Positions 1 to 8,573 are shown, counted from the first letter of the stretch. The stretch: DNA of 38,485 nucleotides from a virus (IMGVR_UViG_3300045988_113345:1-38485); one strand, 5' to 3'. Notes: generated by a model not told the origin, from the sequence alone. Made by a program: numbers and translations.

Positions 1-55
1 GGTCAGTATCTCTCTGACCAGCTGTTTTCTGTACCATTGCTTGCCGGATGATGTC
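1..55. repeat. Terminal overlap, identical to 38431-38485 (closure of a circular sequence)
   Basis: The first 55 nt and last 55 nt of the window are identical base for base. A minus-strand ORF reads in frame through the join. Confidence 0.95.
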
Positions 56-175
56 TAGATGCTCTTTTAGTATCTTGACATCATCTTTGGTGCAGGTGTT
101 TTTGCGTTGTAGCTTTAAAAAGTCCCACATCGCCTGAAGTTGCCCCTCGTCAAGCTCTTTAAGATTGTGCTTCAT
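1..175 (-). CDS. 5' part of a 98-aa hypothetical protein whose ORF crosses the circular junction (continues 38430 down to 38309)
   Basis: ATG at 175-173 preceded by GGGGAGCGGG. Translation MKHNLKELDEGQLQAMWDF...QRDTD runs off base 1 with no stop and stays in frame with the 3' part at the window end. Confidence 0.6.
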   Translation of the reverse strand, partial: MKHNLKELDEGQLQAMWDFLKLQRKNTCTKDDVKILKEHLDIIRQAMVQKTAGQRDTD

Positions 176-497
176 TTTCCCGCTCCCCTTCTGTCACCAA
201 CCGCATTGCATCCTCCGCACTCCTGCAAATTCCAGCGATTGCACCGCTTTTTTGCATCATCTCTATAAAATGCAGCTGTGCTTTGGATATCCTGCCTTTT
301 GGCGTTTTTACCTCAATAAAGACTGCTTTGCCGTCTGATTTCCGGACACCAAACAGATCGGAAAAACCTGCCGGAACACCTGACGTAATCCATCGTCCGT
401 CCAACGTGCGACCACTGCACACGTTGACACGAAAAATCACGCAATACTCCGACACCGCTGCCCGAATCTGATTTTGGATGTTATGCTCCTGCGTCAT
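159..497 (-). CDS. VRR-NUC domain nuclease
   Basis: 112 aa. PD-(D/E)xK-type core GFSDLFGV...AVFIEVKTPKGRISKAQLHFIEMM is typical of VRR-NUC. SD GGGAGGA upstream. Lies after the phage helicase, as usual for this family. Confidence 0.85.
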   Translation of the reverse strand: MTQEHNIQNQIRAAVSEYCVIFRVNVCSGRTLDGRWITSGVPAGFSDLFGVRKSDGKAVFIEVKTPKGRISKAQLHFIEMMQKSGAIAGICRSAEDAMRLVTEGERENEAQS

Positions 498-1860
498 GCT
501 TTATCCTCCCAACTGGCAAGCCCATCCGTTTTGCCATATAATACGCCCATCCTGGCTTGTATCCCTTTGCCTTGCCGTATGTTGCAAGGTCTGCAAACGT
601 CTTGCACTGCGACGGCATTGCCGGGATAACTGGCACATCTGTGACTTTTTCCAGCTTGATTTCCGTATGTACTTCTTGCTCCGTTGGCTCTGCTGGCGGT
701 CGCTCTTCTTCCGCCCGGAGTGGCTCGCCACAATTCGGGCAGTTTTTGACCAGCTTGCCGTTTTTGTCACGTTTGGGAAAGCTATAATAACAGTACGCAC
801 ATGTCTCAATCTGAAATCCTTTGTCGTCTTTTTTGCGTCCATCCAGTGACCACTCTCTATCTGCATCGGGCATACCAAACCGTTTGACATTGCCGACATG
901 ATCGAGAATCACTGCTCGTTTGTCCGGCTGATACCGCATGCATCGCATTGACTGCTGGATGTAGAGCGTTAAAGATTGTGTCGGGCGGAGTAGGATTGCA
1001 CAACCACAATCCGGAACATCAAACCCCTCCGAAATCAAATCAACGTTGCAAAGAATCTGGATTTTGCCGCTCCGAAAGTCTGCGATGATTGCATCTCGCT
1101 CTCGCTTTGGCGTTTTTGCATCCAGGTGCTGTGCAGGGATACCAGCGTCACAAAACATCTTTGCCATCATCTGTGAATATCGGATGGATACGCAATAGCA
1201 GACGGCTTTTTTCCCTTTTGCATAGGTCTGATAGTGTGCGATGACGTCCCCAAAAATATATTTGTTGGACATCATCATCTGTTCCGCCTCTGCCATGTCG
1301 TACTCGCCACGCTTTGTGTGCAAGTCCGCCGTATCCAGTATTTTTGGTGCATAGTAGTCATACGGTGCAAGACAATTGTTTTGAATCAGCCATTTTGCTG
1401 TCACGCCGACAATCAAATCATCGTTGACATCTCGCAAGCCAGACCCATCCAGCCGGATTGGCGTTGCCGTCACGCCCACCCGATACGCTGCCGGAAATGC
1501 GTCATATATTTTGCGATAGGTTGCCGCCTTACTGTGGTGGTTTTCGTCCGTAATAATCAGCGTCGGATAGGTGAGCTTCTGTAACCGTCTGGACGCTGTC
1601 TGCACCATCATGACGTTACACAAATCCATCTCCACGCCCCACCACCGAAAGGTGTTGCGGATTTGGTCGCACAACTCTTTTCGATGCACCAAAAACAGCA
1701 CATTTCCGCCATTTTCCGTGGTACGTTTCGCAATCTCTGCCACAATCACCGATTTACCACCGCCACACGGCAGCACGATGCACGGGGCTTTGTGTCCGGC
1801 TCGCCATGATTGGCTCAATCGGTTGACAAGGTCGATTTGATAGGGTCGCAACTCTCCCAT
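481..1860 (-). CDS. SF2 DEAD/DEAH-box (DExH) helicase with C-terminal zinc ribbon
   Basis: 459 aa. RPYQ, Walker A LPCGGGKS, motif II DENHH, motif III TATP, motif VI-like QQSMRCMR. C-terminal CAYC...CPNCG ribbon. SD GAGGAGG. Confidence 0.85.
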   Translation of the reverse strand: MGELRPYQIDLVNRLSQSWRAGHKAPCIVLPCGGGKSVIVAEIAKRTTENGGNVLFLVHRKELCDQIRNTFRWWGVEMDLCNVMMVQTASRRLQKLTYPTLIITDENHHSKAATYRKIYDAFPAAYRVGVTATPIRLDGSGLRDVNDDLIVGVTAKWLIQNNCLAPYDYYAPKILDTADLHTKRGEYDMAEAEQMMMSNKYIFGDVIAHYQTYAKGKKAVCYCVSIRYSQMMAKMFCDAGIPAQHLDAKTPKRERDAIIADFRSGKIQILCNVDLISEGFDVPDCGCAILLRPTQSLTLYIQQSMRCMRYQPDKRAVILDHVGNVKRFGMPDADREWSLDGRKKDDKGFQIETCAYCYYSFPKRDKNGKLVKNCPNCGEPLRAEEERPPAEPTEQEVHTEIKLEKVTDVPVIPAMPSQCKTFADLATYGKAKGYKPGWAYYMAKRMGLPVGRIKHDAGA

Positions 1861-2195
1861 TGGTGCTCCTCCTCTCTGATTGCCAGCCCACTCAGCTGAT
1901 TTGCAAGCTGTTTGCAGGTCGGACAGCCGTTTTTGCTGTAATATGCTCCACTTTTGCGGATGCTATCCAGCATCTGCCGCTCCTGCATTCCGATTTTTTG
2001 AAGCAACTCAAAGTCCCAATACTGCCGCAAAACCTGCTTTTTTTCCTGTTTTGCTTGCTCTGCAGACAATTTCCGAAACGCATACAAGGCGTATAGCGTC
2101 CGCATCGTCAAAAAGTAATAAGTTTCCGGCAGTTGCAACCCCTCTGGCAGCGGCTGCAACTCGTACGCCATCTTATCTAAATCCTCCAGTGTCAC
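1815..2195 (-). CDS. Hypothetical early protein
   Basis: 126-aa ORF with GTG start and AAGGAGG 7-8 nt upstream. Tightly packed between the primase-helicase and the helicase. No recognisable motif. Confidence 0.55.
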   Translation of the reverse strand: MTLEDLDKMAYELQPLPEGLQLPETYYFLTMRTLYALYAFRKLSAEQAKQEKKQVLRQYWDFELLQKIGMQERQMLDSIRKSGAYYSKNGCPTCKQLANQLSGLAIREEEHQWESCDPIKSTLSTD

Positions 2196-2207
2196 GCAAT
2201 CGCCTCC

Positions 2208-4019
2208 TTAAAACGGTAATTTTGTAACCTCTTTTTTAGCCGTATCCAGATTAAACGGGAATTGACAAATACCTTTATCTCCAACCTGATACAATCGCTT
2301 GGATTTACGGCTATGTCGCAGCTGGATGCGGTCGTCCTCTTGCAATAAAATACCCGTTGCACGGTTTTTTTTCACCGCAAGCAGCGTCCGTGTAATTTTT
2401 TCGCCGTCGTCTTTGGTGGTGGTATCTCTATCCAACATGATAACGGTATCTGACAGGTTGCCGATGTTGCCAGAGCCAGATATCTCGTCAACGTCTAACT
2501 CCTTAGATTTGGTTTTTTTGGGGTGGACAACCAGTAAAATGACAATTTGCAGCTTGCTTGCCAGCAGTTTCAGTTTTTTTACAAATTTGCTCTGCTCTAT
2601 GTACATGTCCGTCCCCTCGGCAATTGCCGTCATGAGGTTATCCACCAGCACAAACCGCACGTCATACGCTCTGGCAGCCGCTTCGATTTCCGGAATGATG
2701 TCCATGCTGCCTTTTTCCGCCAATGCAAGGTTGTCCACGATAAACAGGCGGTGGCGATACCAGTCCACAAGCTGTTGCTCCTGTTCCGTGTCGAGGTAAA
2801 ACCCGGCAGAATCGGTATAAACACGTTCTTTGATTGCCTTTTCGCCGGCAATTTGAAAATCCATCCAGCGTTTGACCTCGTAATCTGCCAACTCGCCAGA
2901 ATAAACCAGCACGTTCCAGTCCTGCCAGAGGGCAGCGACTGCAAACATACTGGCAAGTGTGCTCTTTCCCGTGCCGCATTTGCCAGTCAGGGCAATCAGC
3001 TGCCCCTCGTAAAATCCGCCAATGGTCTGGTCAAGCTTTGGCAGCATGGTTTTAAAGTGTGGTACGTCGTTGAGAGCAACGCCTTGCACGTTTGCCATGT
3101 CCTTGATGGTCGGCGGCTGGAACACCTCTGCTTGCTCCACCGCACGGTGTAATGCTTGCTCGCCGTAAGCCTGCAGGATGTCGTTTGCGTCTTTTTCCAG
3201 CAGATAATCTCCCGGACGGACGGAACGCACCTTGCACTTTGGAAATAACTCCCGAATCTCTTTTACAAGCGTTATGCTGCCCCGCTCGTGGTCACCAAAT
3301 ACCACGATGGTGTCAAACTGCTCCACAAAGTCCCTGCAGTGCTCAACCCAAGTAAACCCTCTTGCCCCAGTCGGCACGCTGACAGCGTTGGAAATCCCCG
3401 CACTGGCAAGGGATAAGCTGTCAATCTGCCCCTCTGTGATAACCAGCGTTTTGTTTTTGGTCGGGTCGCAGTGATCCATCCCGAATAAAATCGGTCTGCA
3501 TCCGCTCTCGCACCACTCTTTTGACTTGTGCTTTGTCTTGTCGTAGTCTATCAGGCGATACTTGACAAACTCCAACTTGTTGTAGCGGTTGCCGCTCGTG
3601 TCTGTGACCGGGCGGTAAAACGGAAAAATCAGCTGGTTGGAATCGTCTTTTGTGGTCGTGATGCCATAAGCCCGTGTGACCTCTTTCCTGATACCTCTGC
3701 GAAACAAGTATTGCTCTGCTGGTGTACTGGTAATCAACCGCACCTGCGGAAGGCTCTTAAACGTTCCTGTATCGTCCGCTTGCAGCTGGAAGTCAAAGTC
3801 CCTTGCCAACTCTACAAAATGCCCCTGACGGCCGCAGGACGCCCGTGGGCAGCGATATGCTCCGGACTCCATGTTGATACTAAACGACCAGCGGTCACCA
3901 CGGCTGGAGTGGCAGTAGGGGCACTCTTTAAACTGTAACTCATTGCCGTGTACTCTGGTTTCTATGCCTTGCCGCTCGGCAAAGGCTAGCAGGTCGGATT
4001 GTTGTAATTGATACCGCAT
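2208..4019 (-). CDS. Bifunctional primase-helicase (Zn finger + Toprim + DnaB/RecA-type ATPase)
   Basis: 603 aa from ATG 4019 (SD GAGGGAG). N-terminal CPYCH...CPRASCG, Toprim-like ITEGQIDSLSL / FGDHE, Walker A GKCGTGKST, Walker B-like FVLVDNL. Confidence 0.85.
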   Translation of the reverse strand: MRYQLQQSDLLAFAERQGIETRVHGNELQFKECPYCHSSRGDRWSFSINMESGAYRCPRASCGRQGHFVELARDFDFQLQADDTGTFKSLPQVRLITSTPAEQYLFRRGIRKEVTRAYGITTTKDDSNQLIFPFYRPVTDTSGNRYNKLEFVKYRLIDYDKTKHKSKEWCESGCRPILFGMDHCDPTKNKTLVITEGQIDSLSLASAGISNAVSVPTGARGFTWVEHCRDFVEQFDTIVVFGDHERGSITLVKEIRELFPKCKVRSVRPGDYLLEKDANDILQAYGEQALHRAVEQAEVFQPPTIKDMANVQGVALNDVPHFKTMLPKLDQTIGGFYEGQLIALTGKCGTGKSTLASMFAVAALWQDWNVLVYSGELADYEVKRWMDFQIAGEKAIKERVYTDSAGFYLDTEQEQQLVDWYRHRLFIVDNLALAEKGSMDIIPEIEAAARAYDVRFVLVDNLMTAIAEGTDMYIEQSKFVKKLKLLASKLQIVILLVVHPKKTKSKELDVDEISGSGNIGNLSDTVIMLDRDTTTKDDGEKITRTLLAVKKNRATGILLQEDDRIQLRHSRKSKRLYQVGDKGICQFPFNLDTAKKEVTKLPF

Positions 4020-4034
4020 CGTTCTCACTCCCTC

Positions 4035-4544
4035 TTATACTAAATCAAAATCGACCTCATCCCACGGTACAACATCTCCCTCTTTTGAGATAGCCGGTGG
4101 TGCTGCCCCATCGGGGGCAGTGCCGTCCGGCGGCTTATTTGTTACTGGTACTGGTACTGTTACAGTACCAGTAACAGTAGCAGTATCAGTAACAGTTATT
4201 TTTGTTATCGTTTGTTTTGGTTTGTTATCACTTGTTATAACACCGATAACATTGTTATCATTTGTTATCGTTTGCTTTGGGTTACCCCATCTGCTTTTCA
4301 TGCCTTTTTTGCCAGCTTCTGACCGCTTTTTCTTGATTGCTTCCCACTTCTCGTTGCAACTATCAATCTGCGAAGCAAAGACGCTGAACAGCACCTGCAA
4401 CACCAAGTCGTCAGATTCTAAACGTTCTCCGGTATCTGCATACCGGAGAATCGCCTTGAATAGGGCACCACACTGTGCATCGGATAACATGTCAATCTCT
4501 TTTTTGCGGTCGGTAAACAGAACGAATGATTTTTTGGTTGCCAT
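4035..4544 (-). CDS. DUF6291-like phage replication-module protein containing a DNA repeat tract
   Basis: 169 aa, SD GAGGTGA. N-terminus FVLFTDRKKEIDMLSDAQCGALFKAILRYADTGE resembles DUF6291-type proteins. The middle part (KQTIT..., TVTGTVTVPVPVT) is encoded by the 4141-4280 repeats. Confidence 0.6.
   Translation of the reverse strand: MATKKSFVLFTDRKKEIDMLSDAQCGALFKAILRYADTGERLESDDLVLQVLFSVFASQIDSCNEKWEAIKKKRSEAGKKGMKSRWGNPKQTITNDNNVIGVITSDNKPKQTITKITVTDTATVTGTVTVPVPVTNKPPDGTAPDGAAPPAISKEGDVVPWDEVDFDLV
4141..4280. repeat. Origin-like repeat cluster: 25-nt perfect palindrome plus TTGTTATC direct and inverted repeats
   Basis: Palindrome TACTGGTACTGT-T-ACAGTACCAGTA at 4149-4173. (T/A)TTGTTATC at 4201, 4221, 4251 and 4261, a variant at 4231, and an inverted GATAAC at 4245. 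The 20-mer TTTGTTATCGTTTG(T/C)TTTGG occurs at 4201 and 4261. Confidence 0.8.
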
Positions 4545-4559
4545 CCGCTTATCACCTCA

Positions 4560-5228
4560 TTAAAACGGTACGTCACCCGTCATCGGAATCTCCTCAAAGT
4601 CGCTCAGGTCGCCAATGTTGGGAACGGCTGCTGGTTGCTGCTGCTGTGCTGCTGCGGCAAAGATACCACCGGATGCAAAGACGTTATTTCCTGTTTGCTT
4701 TGGTTTTCTCGGCTCTGGAATCTCAAAATCACCCGTACGAATCTTTGCGGGGTCGCAGAGAAATGCAGCCTCGGTAAAGTGATTGCCGTTATACTCTGCC
4801 TCACGGAACAGCACACCCACGGTACAACCTTTAAAAATGTCTGGGTCATATCCTGCCTCAATATTTGGCTCTGGTTTGCCGTTTGCCCGTGCGATGGTGT
4901 TGACCTGACCTTTATAGATTGCAACGCTCTGCATATACTTTTCATTGTCGCCCGTCATGACCGGCAGAAAGATTTTGTAGATGCCCTTCCATTTCTGCCC
5001 GTATTGACTGCCGGCATCGTCCAAATACCGCCGCTGGAAGTGTCCGGCATACTCACCCTCAGACACGTCAATCTGTAGCTTGATGTATAAGCTGCCGCCA
5101 CTGGTCTTGTCCACCTTAACATTAAGGATTTTGCAGACATAACCGCCTGCCGGAAGCTTGCCAAACTTGCTGCCAAATGTAGACTCCTGCACACCATTTG
5201 CACCTTGGATACCTGCTAATATTGCCAT
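4560..5228 (-). CDS. DUF669-like single-stranded-DNA-binding protein candidate
   Basis: 222 aa from ATG 5228 (GGAGG upstream). LPAGGYVCKILNVKVDKTSGG...IDVSEGEYAGH resembles DUF669. The acidic C-terminal tip DLSDFEEIPMTGDVPF resembles the SSB D-x-P-F tail. Confidence 0.65.
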   Translation of the reverse strand: MAILAGIQGANGVQESTFGSKFGKLPAGGYVCKILNVKVDKTSGGSLYIKLQIDVSEGEYAGHFQRRYLDDAGSQYGQKWKGIYKIFLPVMTGDNEKYMQSVAIYKGQVNTIARANGKPEPNIEAGYDPDIFKGCTVGVLFREAEYNGNHFTEAAFLCDPAKIRTGDFEIPEPRKPKQTGNNVFASGGIFAAAAQQQQPAAVPNIGDLSDFEEIPMTGDVPF

Positions 5229-5282
5229 AATAAATACCTCCATAATTTTTTATTTGATTTAGTTATGATACATACAGCCAAT

Positions 5283-5906
5283 TTACTCCAGCTGATAGTA
5301 CTCTCGGATAGCCTTGTCCACGGCTTTTAGGTCGTTGTCAATCTCCTCCGGGAACAGCTCCATAGGAGATTTTGCCGTGCTGTTGCCGTTGCTTTGCGTT
5401 TGGAAATAGTGCCGCCCCGCTGCATCTGCCTGACACAGCAGAACGATGGAAAACAGCCCCTCGACCGTCAACTTTTCATCTAGCATTTTCCCGATGGTCT
5501 TTGCTTTCAGCCGCCGATTTCCGGCAGCGTCATATGAGGTTTCTGTGTGATGCAAAAAGTACACAATGCAGTTGTCTGGCGTTTTAAACTGAATGAATCG
5601 GATGAGACTGTAAAAATTCAATGCCATGTTTGTAAACTTTTCGTAGCCTTTCTCGCTTGCATGGTTAAAAAACTCAAATGCAAGCAGATACTGACTGTCA
5701 TCAATCGCATACTTTGTCTTGTTGTGCTGTGCCAGTGTCCGGACAATCAGCGGATAATCTGCCGCATTGGCACATGGCAGCTTTTTGCGAAACGGGAGCG
5801 GCTTGCTGGCAACATTAAAAATACCAATCTCGCCCGGCTCAAAATTCCGGAGGCTGGTAGACTTGCCACTTCCAGATTCTCCGATGATTAAAACAGGGAT
5901 ACCCAT
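5283..5906 (-). CDS. Sak4-like AAA/RecA-fold ATPase (recombination/annealing module)
   Basis: 207 aa. Walker A IIGESGSGKST very close to the N-terminus. Sits between Gp157 and DUF669, as in Sak4 modules. SD AAAGGTGG 9 nt before ATG 5906. Confidence 0.7.
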   Translation of the reverse strand: MGIPVLIIGESGSGKSTSLRNFEPGEIGIFNVASKPLPFRKKLPCANAADYPLIVRTLAQHNKTKYAIDDSQYLLAFEFFNHASEKGYEKFTNMALNFYSLIRFIQFKTPDNCIVYFLHHTETSYDAAGNRRLKAKTIGKMLDEKLTVEGLFSIVLLCQADAAGRHYFQTQSNGNSTAKSPMELFPEEIDNDLKAVDKAIREYYQLE

Positions 5907-5921
5907 AGTCATCACCACCTT

Positions 5922-6467
5922 TCATCGGATTTGCAAGGATTGCGTCTGCACCAGCTGGCAGCCATCCAGCTGACCGCCGTCCTGCAAATATGCCTTGATT
6001 TTGGTCTTTTGCAGCTCTGGCAGCTTGTACCGCAACAGGTCGTCATGGTCAGATGCTTGCAACTGTTTTACAAGTGTTGCCTCGTCTGCAATCTGTAGTG
6101 ATTGCGGATTGTTGCGGATGGAGATGCAAGCACGCACACCATCGACTTTTTTCAGCCGCATTTGCGTCATGCTATCCTGCAGATAGTCTTTCAGGCGTGC
6201 AGCTCGATGTTCACACGCTTTCCGGCGGTCAGACAATTTCCGCTCTTCCGTTCGCATTGCATCTGCTCTTGCAAGTAAGTCCTTGATGTACAAAGCAACA
6301 TTCTCGGCCTTGTCGTTAAACTCCGTTTCCAGAGCGTCCAGTGTGTCAAACCACGCTGTTTCTGCGTCCTCTGCGGACGCCCCTGCAGCTTCTGCTTGTT
6401 CCGTCAGGTCGTCCAGCTGGTCAAACAGTACGGCAAAATCGCCGGAAATCTCGTATAATTTACTCAT
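5922..6467 (-). CDS. Siphovirus Gp157 family protein
   Basis: 181 aa. N-terminus SKLYEISGDFAVLFDQLDD and an acidic coiled-coil body are typical of Sipho_Gp157. First gene of the recombination module. SD AAGGAG. Confidence 0.8.
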   Translation of the reverse strand: MSKLYEISGDFAVLFDQLDDLTEQAEAAGASAEDAETAWFDTLDALETEFNDKAENVALYIKDLLARADAMRTEERKLSDRRKACEHRAARLKDYLQDSMTQMRLKKVDGVRACISIRNNPQSLQIADEATLVKQLQASDHDDLLRYKLPELQKTKIKAYLQDGGQLDGCQLVQTQSLQIR

Positions 6468-6496
6468 TGACAAACACTCCTTTTTTGTGTTATATT
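6467..6496 (+). promoter_or_regulatory. Plus-strand sigma-A-type promoter (antisense to the early operon)
   Basis: TTGACA (6467-6472), 18-nt spacer, TGtTATATT (extended -10, 6488-6496). There is no plus-strand ORF downstream. Confidence 0.4.
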
Positions 6497-6499
6497 ATA

Positions 6500-6558
6500 T
6501 TGTGGTTATGTTTTTGTTCCCTCGTCACTGGTTGCCGCCGGTGCGAGGGTCTTTTTTT
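6500..6558 (+). ncRNA. Candidate ~55-nt cis-antisense small RNA
   Basis: Bounded by the 6467-6496 promoter and the 6519-6558 intrinsic terminator. Complementary to the minus-strand mRNA at the junction of the 6525 gene stop and the Gp157 leader. Confidence 0.3.
6519..6558 (+). terminator. Plus-strand intrinsic terminator
   Basis: CCCTCGTCAC / GTGCGAGGG stem (one bulge), 12-nt loop, then TCTTTTTTT. On the minus strand the hairpin is not followed by a U-run. Confidence 0.55.
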
Positions 6559-6857
6559 GCCCGTTCTTGCATCAGCTCCACGCTTAAGATGTTAATCTTT
6601 TGCTTTAGCAATCCGCTCTCCCGGTTCGCCAACCGTCGCAACGTCCGGCACGCTTTCGCCGTTTCGGTTAGTTCGTGTACCTCTGTTGTTTCCTTGATAG
6701 CGTTTTCCATTTTGCGTTTTTGGCGGCTTCTCTTGTTTGCTTGCTTCTTTTGTTCCGCTGCACATTCCGGGCAGTATTTGACGGCGTTAAACCGTCCCTG
6801 CGTATCATAGCTGGTGTCAGCAATCTCAATGCCGCAGAATAGACAATGCTTGACCAT
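6525..6857 (-). CDS. Zinc-ribbon protein (paralogue family member 1)
   Basis: 110 aa from ATG 6857 (SD GGGGGTGAG). CLFCG...(21 aa)...CPECAAEQKKQANKRSRQKRK followed by a coiled-coil-like tail. Confidence 0.6.
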   Translation of the reverse strand: MVKHCLFCGIEIADTSYDTQGRFNAVKYCPECAAEQKKQANKRSRQKRKMENAIKETTEVHELTETAKACRTLRRLANRESGLLKQKINILSVELMQERAKKDPRTGGNQ

Positions 6858-6882
6858 TTTTCTCACCCCCTTCCCCAATGAG

Positions 6883-6926
6883 AGGAAAAGCTGGCTTTTC
6901 CTACTGCTTTTCCTACTGCTTTTCCT
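6883..6926. repeat. Intergenic hairpin plus 12-bp tandem repeat
   Basis: AGGAAAAGC-TG-GCTTTTCCT inverted repeat followed by CTTTTCCTACTG x2.7 (6895-6926). Lies between the stop at 6944 and the start at 6857. Confidence 0.7.
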
Positions 6927-6943
6927 TGCCAATTCCGAAAAAA

Positions 6944-7342
6944 TCAAATTTCCGGCGGTGGGGGAGTGTTGCTGCATCGCTCTGCACAAACGTCCAGCAG
7001 CCGATGTGCAAAGTCATTGACAATCTCCGGCGGAATGTCGGTCAGTGTGGTATGTACTCGTTTCCCACCGTTGTCAAAATGAGTAATCTCAATGGGCATA
7101 CCCTCACCCGTCTTGATTGCAACAACGCTGTCATTGATTAGCTGATTGCACTGCTCGTACTGTCGGAGATTGCTCTCCATGCGGTCTGTCTGTTCCCGTG
7201 CTGCCTGATAATCAAACCCGACCGGAACGGGCTTCAATGCTCTGCCAGAATCCGCCGCTTGCTTGTCCAGTAGGTGATTGTGCCGCTGCCAGGCAACCCA
7301 GCAGATAACAGCAGCAATGCCACCAAGAATCATTTCTTGCAT
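6944..7342 (-). CDS. Hypothetical protein with N-terminal transmembrane segment
   Basis: 132 aa, SD GGGGGAG. Hydrophobic N-terminus ILGGIAAVICWVAW. Overlaps the upstream gene's stop. Confidence 0.6.
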   Translation of the reverse strand: MQEMILGGIAAVICWVAWQRHNHLLDKQAADSGRALKPVPVGFDYQAAREQTDRMESNLRQYEQCNQLINDSVVAIKTGEGMPIEITHFDNGGKRVHTTLTDIPPEIVNDFAHRLLDVCAERCSNTPPPPEI

Positions 7343-7716
7343 GATTTCTCCCCCTTTTTACGTTTCTTTACGCTTGCCTTTTGGAAATACTCCCTGCATT
7401 TTTCGCACATCCTAAAACTTTCGTTTTCACGAATGCCGCCGCAATGTGTACAAAACCCAGTCGCTCGCCATGTATCACGCTTGGTTTTTTCACGCAAGGT
7501 ATTTTTTTGTATCTCTTGCTTTTTGCGTTCAAGTGATAGGCTTTCATACCATTTCCGCTTGCTTTCCCTGTTGCTCTCTTTACATTCCGGGCAAAGCACC
7601 CCCAGCCCTTTTGTGCTTTTTTTGCCACAAAACGGACAAACGTCATGGTCTTTGCACAAGTAATAATAGGCTTTGGAGTATTCCCGTTTCTCCTGTTTCC
7701 GTTCTTCCGGTGTCAT
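7330..7716 (-). CDS. Double zinc-ribbon protein (paralogue family member 2)
   Basis: 128 aa, SD GGGAGGGGGA, ATGA overlap with the upstream gene. Two CxxCG...CxxC units (CPFCGKK..CPECKESNRESKRKWY and CTHCGG..CEKCREYF) in a lysine/arginine-rich body. Confidence 0.65.
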   Translation of the reverse strand: MTPEERKQEKREYSKAYYYLCKDHDVCPFCGKKSTKGLGVLCPECKESNRESKRKWYESLSLERKKQEIQKNTLREKTKRDTWRATGFCTHCGGIRENESFRMCEKCREYFQKASVKKRKKGEKSCKK

Positions 7717-7928
7717 TCCGTCCCCCTCCCTGCAATGTCTAAAAGTGCCTGAGCCTTTTCGATGGAATCCGCACGTTCTTCAAGCATTCCGCGGTTTTCC
7801 ATTAGTCCCATCATTCCGACAAACAACGCAAGCGACATATCTGCCGCTTGCACTGGGTCTGCGTTTTGTAGTCCGTTGATACACCAATGATGCTTATCAT
7901 CGTCGTACTCAATGGTTACTTTCCACAT
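7713..7928 (-). CDS. Hypothetical early protein
   Basis: 71 aa, SD GGAGAGG/AAAGG upstream, translationally coupled to the next gene. Confidence 0.55.
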   Translation of the reverse strand: MWKVTIEYDDDKHHWCINGLQNADPVQAADMSLALFVGMMGLMENRGMLEERADSIEKAQALLDIAGRGTE

Positions 7929-7953
7929 CCTTTACCATTCCTCTCCGTCCGGA

Positions 7954-8148
7954 TTATCTTTTTTCTATTGTCGCATCCGCCGATAGGCGGCTTGCAAACA
8001 AGGAAAAGATATCCGCCGACATACGGCTTGCAAGTAAAGCGAAAATTAGGTTTATAGTGGCTTCAAGCACCGCTTTTTCGCTTGGCGTAAAATTTTGATA
8101 CACCTGCGTAAACTGCTGCCGTTCTGCGATTTCCTTTTTTGTTGCCAT
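7954..8148 (-). CDS. Hypothetical early protein with an internal 23-nt imperfect direct repeat
   Basis: 64 aa from ATG 8148 (AAAGGA 9 nt upstream). ATCCGCCGA(T/C)A..CGGCTTGCAA at 7975-7997 and 8011-8033 (20/23 identical) encodes ASR(L/M)SAD. Confidence 0.5.
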   Translation of the reverse strand: MATKKEIAERQQFTQVYQNFTPSEKAVLEATINLIFALLASRMSADIFSLFASRLSADATIEKR

Positions 8149-8303
8149 AAAACAACATCCTTTCATAATTTATTACCCTTACGGGCAGTGGGTCGGGATA
8201 CGCTCCCGACGGGCGTTGTTAGTATCAGGCAAAGAATGAGGTATTGCCAATGACTGCGATGCTGCCACATCGTCCCCCGTCATGCCGATAGGTCAGCAGA
8301 ATT

Positions 8304-8522
8304 TTAGTCATGTCGGAATAACTGGTTTACAGAAACGTCCGAAAAGAATGTTTCTTGAATACGGATTGCTTCATCCAGCGAAAAACGCAGGTTTCCATTT
8401 AATTTTAGTGTAAATGTGTTTGCCTGCAAGCCTAAAAGCTGGTAAATATCCTTTTTTGAAATCTTCCGCAGTATGATTTCAGATTCCAGCACCGGATAAT
8501 AGGCTGTTCCATCTCTCTTCAT
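8304..8522 (-). CDS. Cro-like small HTH regulator (DUF739-like)
   Basis: 72 aa from internal ATG 8522 (SD AAAGGTGGTG 6 nt upstream). KKDIYQLLGLQANTFTLKLNGNLRFSLDEAIRI matches the ...LSLKLNGK..F..DE... pattern of DUF739/Cro-type proteins. First gene of the leftward early operon. Confidence 0.65.
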   Translation of the reverse strand: MKRDGTAYYPVLESEIILRKISKKDIYQLLGLQANTFTLKLNGNLRFSLDEAIRIQETFFSDVSVNQLFRHD

Positions 8523-8544
8523 GTCGTCACCACCTTTCAATGTT

Positions 8545-8573
8545 TTTATATGTTGTATTGACGAAATATACAA
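8545..8573 (-). promoter_or_regulatory. Early leftward promoter candidate
   Basis: On the minus strand TTGTAT-17 nt-TATAAA, about 20 nt upstream of ATG 8522. Overlaps the divergent plus-strand promoter. Confidence 0.45.

Noticed and set aside
8192-8210. Hairpin GTCGGGA-TACGC-TCCCGAC between the Cro-like gene and the next early gene, considered as a terminator.
   Set aside because: There is no U-run on either strand after the stem. It lies inside a leftward operon that must be read through. Any function is unknown, so it is not reported as a feature.
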